A DNA stretch of 64,000 bases from Eledone cirrhosa. Lineage: Eukaryota. Below are positions 43,330 to 56,789 of the stretch, piece after piece. The notes beneath the pieces are model-generated. The model saw nothing but the letters and a program-made list of their open reading frames with translations. It had not been told where the DNA came from and ran no database searches. Position 1 is the first letter of the stretch, and each line of letters starts with the position of its first letter. The stretch spans positions 24,986,001 to 25,050,000 of the forward strand of contig OZ024752.1 in the NCBI GenBank assembly GCA_964016885.1, given 5' to 3'. Both the position numbers and the translations under genes were made by a program.

Positions 43330-46300
43330 AAGACACGCTTGACTCTGAAAGGCTAAAATGAATCTCTAGAGCTGCTTAACCATGTTCCAGCCATCCATCC
43401 ATACAATCTTCCAGGTATCCTTCTATTTCCCAATTGCAAATGTTCGACTCACACAATTATTGCTATATTTATCATTTCACTAGCTTCCATAACACATTTA
43501 TTTTTACCTTCATTTTCTTTTCCCATGCTGTCTCTCTACGAAGTCATCTACTCTCTTCCTCTCTCTTACACTATTATTAGTGTTGTTGTATTTATCATTT
43601 CGCTGTCTCTACGAAGTCATCTACTCCTATCGGTTTATTTTGCCATGGCTACCTACCTCGCAATTTCCTTCCCGCTCCCTCACACCACCATAGCCTATTC
43701 GACCAATCAAACCTCAGCATGCCCCCCCCCCCCCCGCCACTACCAACCCCAACAAACCCTGCCATTTCTACTTCTACCTAACTCTCTCCTCCCCTGTCCC
43801 AGCCCAACACCACTGTGCTTCTAGCCCTGAATTTTCCTACCGTTATGTATGGATGAGCTGAGAATAAATGGAGCAACTCTGAATTAATAGATGAAAATTA
43901 TTATGAATCCGCGAGCTACCAAGCACCCATGTGAAGCTCCAATTCAGAGACAGGAAGCACATACACACCCCTGCAAAAATCGACCCTTCCCTACAAGTGT
44001 TGATAAATGCCCAAAACTCCTAGTTGGTACCATCAATGTAAGCACAATGAAAGGAAGAGCAGGAGAAATCGTATAGATGCTAGAGCGAAAGGAAATTGAT
44101 GTATGCTGTGTGCAAGAGACTAGATGGAGAGGAGAGTCTGCTAGAGTCCTTGTAGGAAAAAGTCAGTGCTACAAATTTTTCTGGGTGGGAAATGACGATG
44201 GGATGGGTGGTATAGGTATACTACTAGCTGACAAGTGGGTAGATATAGTAATCTAAGTGTACAGGGTAAATGCAAGAATCATTAAACTCAGACTAGTCCT
44301 GAATAAAACAATTACCACAATAATATCAGCTTACACACCCCAATCGGGGTTGCCAGACGAACTTAAGGATAGGTTTTACGAGTCCCTAATGCACACTACT
44401 GCTCTAACAAACGACAATGACTTCCTAATCATCGCAGGAGATTTTAACGGACACGTAGGTAAACATTGTGACAGCTTCAATAGATTCCATGGAGGCCATG
44501 GGGTTGGCACAAGAAATGAAGAAGGATTCAGACTTCTAGAATTCTGCGACTCCAATGACATGTCGATATGTAACACAAACTTCAAAAAACCCGACAACCA
44601 CCTGATCACCTATAGATCAGGGGAGCATTCTAGTCAGATAGATTTTATCCTCATCAGAGGACGTGACAGATGGACGGTCGTAAACACAAAAGCCTTCCTT
44701 AATGAGGAATGTACCTCCCAACAGAGCTTAGTTGTCAGCGACCTCACGGTCAGAACTAGACGAACCTGGAAACAGGCCAACCTGGAGAAGAAAGATCTGG
44801 AAGCTGAAAGACCCCTCGGCCAGTAACAGATTTAAAGATATTTTACTCAACGCCTACGACAGTAAAGAAGAACAGATACAGACATTCAATGTAGAAGAGC
44901 ACTGGGAGTTCCTAAAAAATAACTTACTAGAGGCGACGGATGAGATCTGTGGCTGGAGTAAGACCACAAGCAGGAGGAGAGTGACTTGGTGGTGGAACAA
45001 TAAGGTAGATGAAGCAGTTAAGGCCAAGAGACAGGCATGGAAAGAAATGGAAGAACGGGGGAAGCAGGGTACATTACATAGAGACCAAGAGGGAAGCTAG
45101 GCAACAAGTATACTTAGCTAGGAGGGAAGCAGAGGATAGAAAATTCAAGCATGTTTTGCAACGTGAGGACCAGAAACAGGAGGTGTTCAAGATTGCGAGG
45201 CAACGTGTGAGAGAGAATTGTGATGTCATTGGAGAGAAGTGTATCTGGAATGATAAAGGTGAGCTTGCCCTCACAGTGCTGAGAAGAAAGATGCATGGAA
45301 GAGCCATTATGATAGATTACGAAATGAGCAGAATACATGGCAAGGGGAGACCCTACCCCAAGTAGACCCTATAGAGGGGCCAGCAGTACAAGTCAGCAGC
45401 AGCGTAGTAAGTAAGGCAATCAAAGATATGAAGATGGGTAAGGCAACCGGTCCATCGGGTGTAGCTGCCGAGATCCTGAAGGCATCTGGGTCTGTAGGTC
45501 ACACTATAACCACACGTATTGTTAACCAGGTAATACTAGGTGTCATACCAAAAGATTGGTGCAGTAGCATCATTTTCAACTGCTACAAAGGTAAAGGTGA
45601 TGCACTAGATAGAGGACACTATAGAGGTATGAAGCTGATGGAACAGGTCATGAAAGTAACAAAGAGTTATAGCACAGTTGATTAGGGACCGGGTGAAACT
45701 AGATGAGATGCAATTTGGGTTTGTACCAGGAAGAAGCACCACTGATGCCCTCTTCCTTGTGAGGCAGTTACAGGAAAAGTACCTAGCTAAAAGTAAGCCA
45801 CTCTACCTGGCATTCGTTGATCTCGAGAAAGCCTTTGACAGAGTTCCACGTGCTATAATCTGGTGGGCTCTTAGAAAACTAGGAGTAGATGAATGGCTTG
45901 TGAAAGCTGTACAAGCCATGTATAGGGGAGCAGTCAGCAAAGTTAGGATTAGCAATGAGTATAGCGAGGAATTTAGCGTACAGGTTGGTGTCCACCAGGG
46001 CTCTGTTCTTAGCCCTCTCCTGTTCATCATAGTCCTGCAGGTAATAACGGAGGAGTTTAAGACCGGATGCCCATGGGAACTCCTGTATGCAGATGACCTC
46101 ACACTTATAGCTGAATCTATGGCAGAACTAGAGAAGAAATTCCAAACTTGGAAGCAGGGACTAGAAAGAAAGGGTCTCAAAGTCAACAGGACAAAGACTA
46201 AGGTCCTTGTAAGTAGAGGAGAAAACAGAACCTAGATCCCCTCAGGGAAATGGCCTTGCTCAGTATGTAGGAAAGGTGTAGGTAGGAACTCCATTCTCTG

Positions 46301-46913
46301 CCCCAAATGCAAACAATGGGTACACAAGAGATGTAGCGGGATCTCAGGAAGCTTAATTAAGAATGTAGGCTTCACATGTAGCAGTTGTGCTGGACAGCAA
46401 GCAGCAAATAGCCACAGGAAACAAGTACCACCAATCTCTGGGAGGGCTCTGTAGAAACAGTAGACAGCTTCTGCTACCTAGGTGACCGAATTAGCAGTGG
46501 AGGTGGGTGTTCAGAAAGGAAAGTACAATAACTAGAGTAAGAACGGGATGGAAGAAGTTCAGGGAACTACTGCCACTGCTAGCTGCAAAAGGCTTCTCCC
46601 TCAAAATGAAAGGCAGACTGTATGATGTGTGTATCCGAACAGCAATGTTACATGGTAGTGAGACCTGGGCGCTGAAGGTGGAAGACTTACGTAGATTAGA
46701 GAGAAACTGTAAAGTGGACGTGTAGGCGCCACGGAAAAAAAGCACCCAGCACTCACTGTAAATGAGGTTGGTGTTAGGAAGGGCATCCAGCTGTAGAAAT
46801 CAAGCCAAAATCAGTTCCTGTATGAGCAAGGCATGGTCAGCCGACCAGACACTGCCCACAACAGGACAACCTGTCTAACCCATGCTAGCATGGAAGAACG
46901 GACGTAAAACGGT
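43330..46913 (+). mobile_element. Near full-length RTE-A copy, decayed, with C-terminal deletion; duplicated 5' UTR pieces at 43010-43200
   Basis: EN and RT ORF pieces at 43891-46725; 3' UTR to 46913. Confidence 0.93.
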
Positions 46914-47025
46914 ATATATATGTATATATATATACATATAGTAATAATAATAAAATTGAAGACTAAAATCCAAAGAGGGCTCGATAAGGAAAATATATAT
47001 CAAATATACAAGAACCGTAGAGCAA

Positions 47026-47431
47026 ATATTTATTAAAATAACAGATTAAAGTTTAAGCAAAGAATCGTTGCTTTCACCCTTAACGGGATCTTCTGAAACT
47101 AACAAAGTCAATCTGTAAACGCAGAACTGGATATTTCAAAAAACGTTGCAACCGGTACGACCTCTTTTATACCATAAACGTGGTTTTGTCTTTGCGTGTA
47201 ATTATTTTTCACCGCTCCTATTAATGACGTATTATTCGTTTTTTCCCGTTCTTTGCCAGCGAACGTTACCACGAACCAAAGTATCGTCTTCCTGTCTTCC
47301 TCAGGTTGCAACGTTTTTTGAAATATCCAGTTCTGCGTTTACAGATTGACTTTGTTAGTTTCAGAAGATCCCGTTAAGGGTGAAAGCAGCGATTCTTTGC
47401 TTAAACTTTAATCTGTTATTTTAATAAATAT
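47026..47431. repeat. Long inverted repeat: 128-bp arms, 150-bp spacer
   Basis: 47026-47153 is the reverse complement of 47304-47431 with one mismatch seen. Confidence 0.92.
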
Positions 47432-47794
47432 ATATACATATATATATATATGTATGTATATATACTATATATATATTGGTGTATTTTTCATTATGTATTT
47501 TCCCCTTCTTCAATGCTACTCTAAATCATGCACCCTATATTGAGTACTACATTCTTGTCAACAAAACAGCTGCCAGCTACAGTTGTAAGCTGCAAAGTAG
47601 AAATTTTAGTCATGATTAGGCGTAGATTATATACATTATTTATTATATACACACCTCTCTAACTATATATATATATACACACACACACATATATATATAT
47701 ACATACACACACATATATATACAAACACACACACATATATATACACACACATATATATATACACACGCACATATATATACACACAGACACACAT

Positions 47795-47825
<31 letters not shown>

Positions 47826-48239
47826 CACACTCATACTATTTACCTTGTGCAACAGACTCTTCATGAGGACTTTATCTGATTTGATTTGACCAGCTTTTAA
47901 CATGACGTGTGCATTCTTCAACATCTGGTGGATGTGGTATTTCAGGATGACGGTGTTGTGATCATGATCTAGGAACTGGATTATGAAGGAACGGTAGACA
48001 CAGGCATATATAGGGAAACAAATGGCTATGTTATATACACAAGATGTGGAGTTGGGCAGTAATTAAATTTCAACCAGCTAATCCCATATTCCTGGTTTGT
48101 GTCCTTAAGCTGCCACATTTTATTTGCCAGCGTTGTTGAGTTCTCTAGTCTACGGATCTTCATAGAGTGGCTGTGAATATACCATCTTTTTTTAATCTTT
48201 TATGTATATATATATATATATATATACATATATACATGG

Positions 48240-48610
48240 AAGCACATTGCTTAGTGGTTAGAGCATTGGCTTTTCAATCGAAAGGTTGTGAGTTCAATTC
48301 TCAGACCAGGTGATGTGTTGTTTCCTTGAGCAAGACACTTTATTTCACATTGATCCAGTTTACTCAGCTGTAGAAATGAGATGATAGGACTGCGGTCCCT
48401 ATCATTCCATAGCAAAGTGGTCATGGAGGTGCCACGGCAAAAGAGCAGCCAGCACTCACTGTAAAGTAGTTGTGGGGGTGCCACGGCAAAAAAGCACCCA
48501 GCACACACTGTAAATAAGGGCATCCAGCTGTAGAAATCAAGCCAGAATCAGTTCCCATCCCACCCTTGCAAGCAGGGAAAAGCGGACGTAAAATGATGAT
48601 GATGATGATA
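48240..48610 (+). mobile_element. tRNA-derived CORE-like SINE with RTE tail
   Basis: Paralog of 29178-29560. Confidence 0.8.
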
Positions 48611-48899
48611 GTTCTGGTGATAAACACAGTGAAGGAGGCAGTGTCTGGGTCAAGTCTCGCCATAATTGGCCCCATTGCGCTTTGCTCCGATGAGGACTGT
48701 TGGATATTTTTTAGCTGGAGGCCCTTCCTAACACCAACCACACAAAGCAAGGATATAAATAAAGGCAGACTTTACCTTGATGATGAGGGAAAGAATAGGG
48801 TCAGAGAAATCTGACAGTTTGTGACTCCTAAACAGGACATCAAGTAATACAAGATTCCATAGTTGAGAAAGGATCTGGCTTTCTAGAGAGAGAGGAAGA

Positions 48900-49655
48900 G
48901 AAGCTTTACCTCACATATCATTTACATTACTCTATATATACTATTGTATTTTCACAGTAAAGACTTTACCTCACATAATATCTCACATATCATTTACATT
49001 ACTCTATATATACTATTATATTTTGCCGAGGTTGACTTTGCCTTTCATCCTTACGGGGTCGATAAAATAAAGTACCAGTAATGCACTGGGTAATTGCTGG
49101 CCTTGTGCCTAAAGTAGAAACAATTATATTTTCACAGTAAAGGCTTTACCTCACATAATATCTCACATAACATTTACATTACTATATATATACTATTGTA
49201 TATTCACAGTAAAAGCTTTATCTTACATATTATCTCACATAACATTTACATTACACTATATATACTGTTGTATTTTCACAGTAAAGGCTTTATCTTACAT
49301 ATCTCACATAACATTTACATTACTCTATATATACTATTGTATTTTCACAGTAAAGGCGTTATCTTACATAATATCTCACATAACATTTACATTACTCTAT
49401 ATTTACTATTGTATTTTCACAGTAAAGACTTTACCTCACATAATATCTCACATAACATTTACACTATATATATACTATTGTATTTCCATGGTAAAGGCTT
49501 TACGTCACATAATTATCTCATAACATTTACATTACTCTATATATACTATTGTATTTCACAGTAAAGGCTTTATCTTACATAATATCTCACATAACATTTA
49601 CATTACTCTATATATACTATTGTATTTTCACAGTAAAGTCTTTATCTTACATAAT
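48900..49655. repeat. 72-bp tandem repeat (~9-10 units) interrupted by a SINE fragment at 49025-49125
   Basis: Reverse complement of the 8195-8485 unit. Confidence 0.9.
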
Positions 49656-50104
49656 ATCGAATCTATGAGATTTTGAAAGTATTTATTTTGAGAACAATAC
49701 CATAACATCAGTTTGAGTGACCAGTTACAGCCAGTTTCAACAGAAAGAGGTAGAGAATTCTGGCCGGTTTGAACATTAAAGGGTTAATAGGCTGATAGGA
49801 CAATAGTTCCCACAATCAAGTCTGCTACCTTTTTGTAGAGTACAACTATCAATGCTTTCTTGAACATGTCTGGACTTTTTTCTTGTAGTGATAAAACAGT
49901 TAAAGAGATGTTGAAGTACTTTGATAATTGGTTCACCTCCAGCTTTGTTTGATATGTACTTACCTGTGAGAGGATCGTTGGTGTTGAGGTAGTCCAACAT
50001 ATGAAGGAGACACTGTACTGAATCTTGTTATCCAATACAGAGATTCTGTGGAAGAGAGAGGAATCACCAACAAATTCCTGCTTGATATAAATATATATAT
50101 ATAT

Positions 50105-51460
50105 CTAAAGTCTGTCTTAAGCCAGAAGGCTCATTTGGCCGGAGCTTATCCTGGTTTCATGGCGTGAAGTGACTGAGAGTACAAGACTCCCCCCCTGGAC
50201 AGGACACCAGTCCATTGCAGGGTTATGTAAAGTATATATTAAGCAACAGAGTACAAGACTCCCTCCTGGACAGGACACCAGTCCACCGCAGCGTTATGTA
50301 AAATATATATTAAGCAACTGTGAGTACAAGACTCCCTCCTGGACAGGACACCAGTCCATCGCAGGTTTATGTAAAGTATATATTAAGCAACTGAGAGTAC
50401 AAGACTTCCCCCATGGACAGGACACCAATCCATTGCAGGGTTATGTAAAGTATATATTAAGCAACTGAGAGTAAAAGACTTCCACCTGGACAGGACACCA
50501 GTCCATCGCAGGTTTAAGTAAAGTATATATTAAGCAACTGAGAGTACAAGACTTCCACCTGGACAGGACACCAGTCCATCGCAGGTTTAAGTAAAGTATA
50601 TATTAAGCAACTGAGAGTACAAGACTTCCCCCTGGACAGGACACCAATCCATTGCAGGGTTATGTAAAGTATATATTAAGCAACTGAGAGTACAAGACTT
50701 CCCCCTGGATAGGACACCAGTCCATTGCAGGGTTATGTAAAGTATATATTAAGCAACTGAGAGTAAAAGACTTCCACCTGGACAGGACACCAGTCGTTGC
50801 AGGGTTATGTAAAGTATATATTAAGCAACTGAAAGTACAAGACTCCCCACTGGACAGGACACCAGTCCATTGCAGGGTAATGTAAAGTATATATTAAGCA
50901 ACTGAGAGTACAAGACTCCTCCTGGACAGGACGCCAGTCCATTGCAGGGTTATGTAAAGTATATATTAAGCAACTGAGAGTACAAGACTCCCCCCCCCCT
51001 GGACAGGACACCAGTCCATTGCAGGGTTATGTAAAGTATATATTAAGCAACTGAAAGTACAAGACTCCCCACTGGACAGGACACCAGTCCATTGCAGGGT
51101 AATGTAAAGTATATATTAAGCAACTGAGAGTACAAGACTCCCCCCTGGACAGGACACCTGTCCGCCGCAGGGTTATGTAAAGTATATATTAAGCAACTAA
51201 GAGTACAAGACTCCCCGCTTGACAGGACACCAGTCCATTGCAGGGTGATGTAAAGTATATATTAAGCAACTGAGAGTACAAGACTCTCCTTTGGACAGGA
51301 TGCCAGTCCATTGCAGTGTTAAACCTCCAGCTATTACTGGTACTCATTTTCAGCTGAGTATACTGGAGCAACATGAAATGAAGTGTTTTGCTCAAGAACA
51401 CAACACGCAACTGAGGAATAAGTAAGTAAGTCCAACACCCTTACCACTAAGACACGTACC
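50105..51460 (-). mobile_element. SINE whose central domain is amplified into a ~72-bp minisatellite (~16 units, 50172-51320)
   Basis: SINE head/CORE at 51320-51460, unit CCTGCAATGGACTGGTGTCCTGTCCAGG, tail at 50105-50170. Confidence 0.75.
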
Positions 51461-51587
51461 GCCACACACACACATATATATATATGTATGTATGTAGACC
51501 ACCTGTGACCCGTTGGATAACGTTCACCTCAAAATAATTTTATACAGACATATATATAATGTGAAACTGGAAGGCCCCTATATATAC

Positions 51588-51649
<62 letters not shown>

Positions 51650-52360
51650 GTGTGTGTGTATATACATATATATATATGTATGTGTGTGTATATATATATA
51701 TGTGAAACTGGAAGGCCCATATATATATATACGTGTGTGTGTATATATATATATAAATGTGTGTGTGTATATACATATATATATATATATGTATGTGTTT
51801 GTATATATATATGTGGGTGTCTGATCTATATATACTGGTCATAGACACACACATATACATATATATACACACACACTCACATATATATATATTCACAACA
51901 CCACCAGCTCTCTCCCTCTCTCTTTCTCGCTTCATCTCTCTCTGCCTCTCTTTCAATCTATTCTGTCACAACCACTCTCTATCTCTATTTATGAGGGTAC
52001 CCCAGAAACCCCATATCTCGGGAACACCTGCTCCGATTTACTCGAAACTTGTTTTATTCCATTTGTATTCCCATTTCAGGGTCAACTTCCTTTCAAAGTA
52101 TTTTCCCATTATGTGCCCTTTTGGCTGTATTACATTACATTACATAGATATTTTTATCTAAAGACATTTTTTTCCAATTCCAACCCTCCCGTCCCCTCAA
52201 TCTATTTTATTTCTCATTCTTTCTTCTGATGAAGGACTAGCGTCCAAAACGTTAACACCTTCTTCCTGCTATATCAAGTGTTTACCTAATATATCCCTTC
52301 CATATACTGTACCGATTGTGTTATTATTTCTGTTTAGCTTTTATATACATATATAACATA

Positions 52361-54445
52361 CTAGCATTAAAGCCCGGCGTTGCTCGGGGTCATTAAGTTT
52401 GGTTGCACCACCCATTTTATGGCAGCACTTTTTTGTCTGCCAGGCATTGGGTGAATGAATTGCAGACCTGGAAGCAGGAGCTGCGCCAGCAGTGACAATT
52501 GTAGTTTCGCCTATCGATATTATCTCTGTGCAAAAAAGTGTTGAAATTTATCGTTTCACAGTACTTGCGCAACACGCGCGTAGACGATGCCAGCCGAACA
52601 ACAGAGCTGCGATGGAGTTGTTCTGCATGGTTGTCTGTGTGTTTTCTAAATTTAAGACAGTAGGGAGGGTTGTGATATGAGGGAGAGTTAGCTGTTGTTT
52701 CTAGCAGGTTTAGTGACCTCATAGAGGATATGTGTTTTCTAAATTTAAGACAGTAGGGAGTGGTGTGATATGGGGGAGAGTTATCTGCTGTTTCTAGCAG
52801 GTTTAGTGACCTCATAGAAGATATGTTTTCTAAATTTAAGACAGTAGGGAGGGGTGTGATATGGGGGAGAGTTAGCTGCTGTTTCTAGCAGGTTTAGTAA
52901 CCTCATAGAGGATATGTGTTTTCTAAATTTAAGACAGTAGGGAGTGGTGTGGGGAGGGGTGTGATATGGGGGGAGAGTTAGCTGCTGTTTCTAGCAGGTT
53001 TAGTAACCTCATAGAGGATATGTGTTTTCTAAATTTAAGACAGTAGGGAGTGGTGTGGGGAGGGGTGTGATATGGGGGGAGAGTTAGCTGCTGTTTCTAG
53101 CAGGTTTAGTAACCTCATAGAGGATATGTGTTTTCTAAATTTAAGACAGTAGGGAGTGGTGTGAACGGACAGTATCACCATCAAGCTTGGAAAGAGAAAG
53201 TAGCAGAAAGTATGAAGTTGTATAGATTTTGAATGGTAGTAGAAAGTGTTCAGCAGTTTAAATGAGAGAGAAAAATCGTAAAATATTGAGTTTTATAAAT
53301 TTTTTGCGTAATTGTGGGTGAAATTGAAAAAATTATCTGCGTCAAGATGCAATCGAAACTATTTTGAATACTGAATTGTAAATTTCAATTGAAAAAATTC
53401 TATATCGTAGATTTTTATAACGAAGGAGCATGACCACACACTGAGCTTTATAGATTACTAGCAGTAAAGCCCGGCGTAGCTCGGGGTCGCTCAGTAGCTG
53501 TGTTAAAGTTACAATGTTAAGTTTCTTTCTTGGCTTAAAAACTGTAGTGTCTACTGTGCAGACTTGCATGTGGTGTTTTTGATTAATATTCCCTCAACCA
53601 ACAATATGCCTTATGAAGTTAAGAAAACATAACGATAACCCGAATGTTATAACAAAAGAGGATGCTGGGGATAAAAACTGCACTGGTTATTTATTAACAA
53701 AGATCGAAAATGTAAACACTGCAACGCAGAGAAAAACATTAGCGTAACCAAATTATCAGTTATGTCTGTCTGCACGCCTATATCACCTCTCTGCACGACT
53801 GTCTGTCTGCACGCCTATATCACCTCTCTGCACGACTGTCTGTCTGCACGCCTATATCACCTCTCTGCACGACTGTCTGTCTGCACGCCTATATCACCTC
53901 TCTGCACGACTATCTGTCTGCACGCGTATATCACCTCTCTGCACGACTGTCTGTCTGCACGACTATCTGTCTGCACGCCTAACGACGAAATATTTGCTTG
54001 TTTTACGTAGTCTTTAAATAGACTTGTTTTCAAGTAAAAATATTGTTTTAAAATGCTTTTAAATGGAAATGAAGCAAAACGGAAGCTTAGTGTTCGAACT
54101 GATGAATTGTGCAGGTCAATATTTTGCTGGCTCGACAACTGTTCGTGTATTGTGTTAATGTCATTTTAAACGCTGAGAAAGCCAGCGTAATTTTTTACGT
54201 AAGACGCTCAATGTAAACAGAACAAAGGGAAATAACTGATAACTTACGCTCAAAAATCGATACATTATATTCGATTTCGTCACATAGGGTGGGTCAATTT
54301 GAAATATTTTTTTTCCGATGTCTTCGCTAGGGCTCAATGTACAAGTATAGCAATTTCGGTGCAATTCCGTGAGAGATTCTAAGAGGAGATGTGTGCCAAA
54401 AATCGATAGACAGACAGACAACCACAGTTTTATATATATAGATGA
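52361..54445 (-). mobile_element. Non-autonomous Helitron with two successive 3' ends and internal tandem repeats
   Basis: 5' TCATCTATATATATAAAACTGTGGTTGTCTGTCTG; hairpin+CTAG ends at 53458 and 52361; 52361-52630 matches 24370-24654; ~90-bp repeats 52635-53165; ~35-bp repeats 53765-53980. Confidence 0.8.
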
Positions 54446-54593
54446 TATATATGTATATACACATATGACTGATAGCAGATGTTCTGGTGAAATAGTAGTT
54501 TTACTACTACAGATTGTAATGGAACTCTTAGTAGACACAATTGTAAAGTAAGCATAGATATGACAGTGTTAGACTGTTGTCGGGGTGATAAAA

Positions 54594-54637
<44 letters not shown>

Positions 54638-54935
54638 AGCGAAACCTGTCCACACCTCGAACCCAGGATGACACCAAAAAGTCAAATTCTAGGTCACCCC
54701 CCCTTTTGGCGTTGACAGCTGGATGCGTGGACGATCCCTCGAGGCAGGGGACGGAAAGCTGAGGATATAAATAGCCGGTGGAAGAGAGAACAATATAGAC
54801 TCAGTCGGACTGCAACAAACTTTAACCACAAACGAATTTAGCTGGTCGTTCGCTGTTTTCACATCAACAACAAAATCATTGTTAACCTTCTCAACTCTTG
54901 GTAACTGTTTTATTGTAATTTATATATATATATAT

Positions 54936-55171
54936 ATTATTAGAAATGTAAGCTATCGCCGTATTTTGACTAAAGAAATTAAAGAAATTATTTAGCCTGA
55001 TAGTGGGGTTAAGAACCCTCGGAGAAATGGAAAAAGATGAGTATTGACGTACATGGGAGTCAATACTCATCTTTTTCCATTTCTCCGAGGGTTCTTAACC
55101 CCACTATCAGGCTAAATAATTTCTTTAATTTCTTTAGTCAAAATACGGCGATAGCTTACATTTCTAATAAT
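54936..55171. repeat. Perfect palindrome: 113-bp arms, 10-nt loop
   Basis: 54936-55048 is the reverse complement of 55059-55171. Confidence 0.93.
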
Positions 55172-55372
55172 TTCAAACCAACTCGCTGTTTCGAAAATAT
55201 TCTTACTTGATATATATATATATATTTAACGAAGAGTATTATATGAAATTGTTAAATGGATTAACACGGTTATTAGATGAAATAACAATAATAATAAGAA
55301 TAAATGATTTGGTTTATATATGGTTTGCTTCACGTGAATCAATTATATATATATATACATGAGACTTTCTCA

Positions 55373-55865
55373 GGTTTCTCCCTGTGTACGAAAGTCCGGT
55401 TGTATGATGCCTGTGTGAGGAGCGCGATGTTGCATGATAGCGAGACATGGGCAGCAACTGCAGAGGATATGCGATGACTGGAGAGAAATGAGGCAAGCAT
55501 GCTCCGTTGGATGTGCAATGTCAATGTGCGTGAACGACCCAGCATGGATGTGTTGAGAGAGAAACTGTGTCTGAGAGGGATAGAATGTAGTGTGCGAGAG
55601 AGCAGACTGCGGTGGTATGGACTTGTGATGCACATGGAGGATGACCGATGGGTGAAGAAGTGCCAGGAAATGCCAGTTGAAGGAAGACGTGGTAGAGGTA
55701 GACCACGAAAAACATGGGCGGAGGTGGTGAGAACAGACCTCAGATCGCTGAAGGTCACGATGGAGATGACGAGGGACCGTGACAAGTGGGGAGATACTGT
55801 GCTGAATAAGACCCATCCCACCCTTGCAAGCAGGGAAAAGCGGACGTAAAATGATGATGATGATA
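55373..55865 (+). mobile_element. RTE-B 3' terminal fragment
   Basis: MLRWMC, RGRGRPRKTW, CGGACGTAAAA(TGA)n end. Confidence 0.9.
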
Positions 55866-56789
55866 TATATATATATATATATATATCATCATCATCATCA
55901 TTATATATATATATATGTGTGTGTGTACTCGATTGTACCATCAATTTCCGAGGGTCCGTGTGAATATGTCATTTATTTTGTCTGACCCGTTTAGCTTGAC
56001 TCGCTTTTTTGGGTTAGGTGATTAATGGCTTCTTGACCGTCTTCTCAGTTTGTATGGCCTTTATAAGCTATGCTTATTGCTTTGGTCTCTTTAGCCCATG
56101 GAATGCTTGCCAGCATGACTCGGAATTTGCGCTGCGTTTCGCTATTTCTACCCGCCAAAATGCGATTCTCACTGAATATATATAGTAGTAACCTATATTC
56201 TGTAACTGAATATATAATGTAGTAACCTATATTCCGAGGACTCATGGATACATTCTCCGTGCGTTATTTGGCTCAGTTCAACCAATCGCTACCAGCGAAG
56301 CAAAATGTATCTCACTGGGAAAACAACAACTGGACTTGTCAGCATTTCCACCATTTCTCCTATGGATTCGCCAGAATTATAGAATTACCACTTCAACTAC
56401 TACCCACCTACATATTCAACTTACTTTTTTTTCAAAGCAACTAGCCATTTTTTCTTGGCTGCCTAGCACCTGCGGCAATTCATCTGCGAGGCGGTTCCGC
56501 CGCCGACCCTTAAGGTTGCGAGTAGGCGCCGGGGAAACCGACCGCCCACGGTTATAATTACTCGGCCAGGGGGTCCTGTCTATTATATAGAGTAAGCTTG
56601 ATCGGACGAGCACGAAGAAAACGGTTACGGGTGCTATGCGTTGCGGCTTGTGACTATTCCGTTTTCAAGGCAGGTACGTGCCGGCTTACCCTATGCGATG
56701 TCGGCTGTCTCCGTCTCGAACGATATGTCGACCTGTACTCGTCCGCCCCGCCTGCACGTTAACGCCCGCCCTCCGCCTGAGCCCCTTCT

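Noticed and set aside
47270-47305. CTGAGGA on minus in the inverted-repeat spacer as a hammerhead
   Set aside because: No properly placed stem II and GAAA
50172-51320. CRISPR-like regular array (also 62930-63815)
   Set aside because: Whole units repeat with no unique spacers, the context is eukaryotic and there are no cas genes
54635-54920. Possible solo-LTR fragment (TG start, TATAAA; partial similarity to 15850-15940)
   Set aside because: No CA end, target duplication, primer-binding site or internal domain found, so too weak to call
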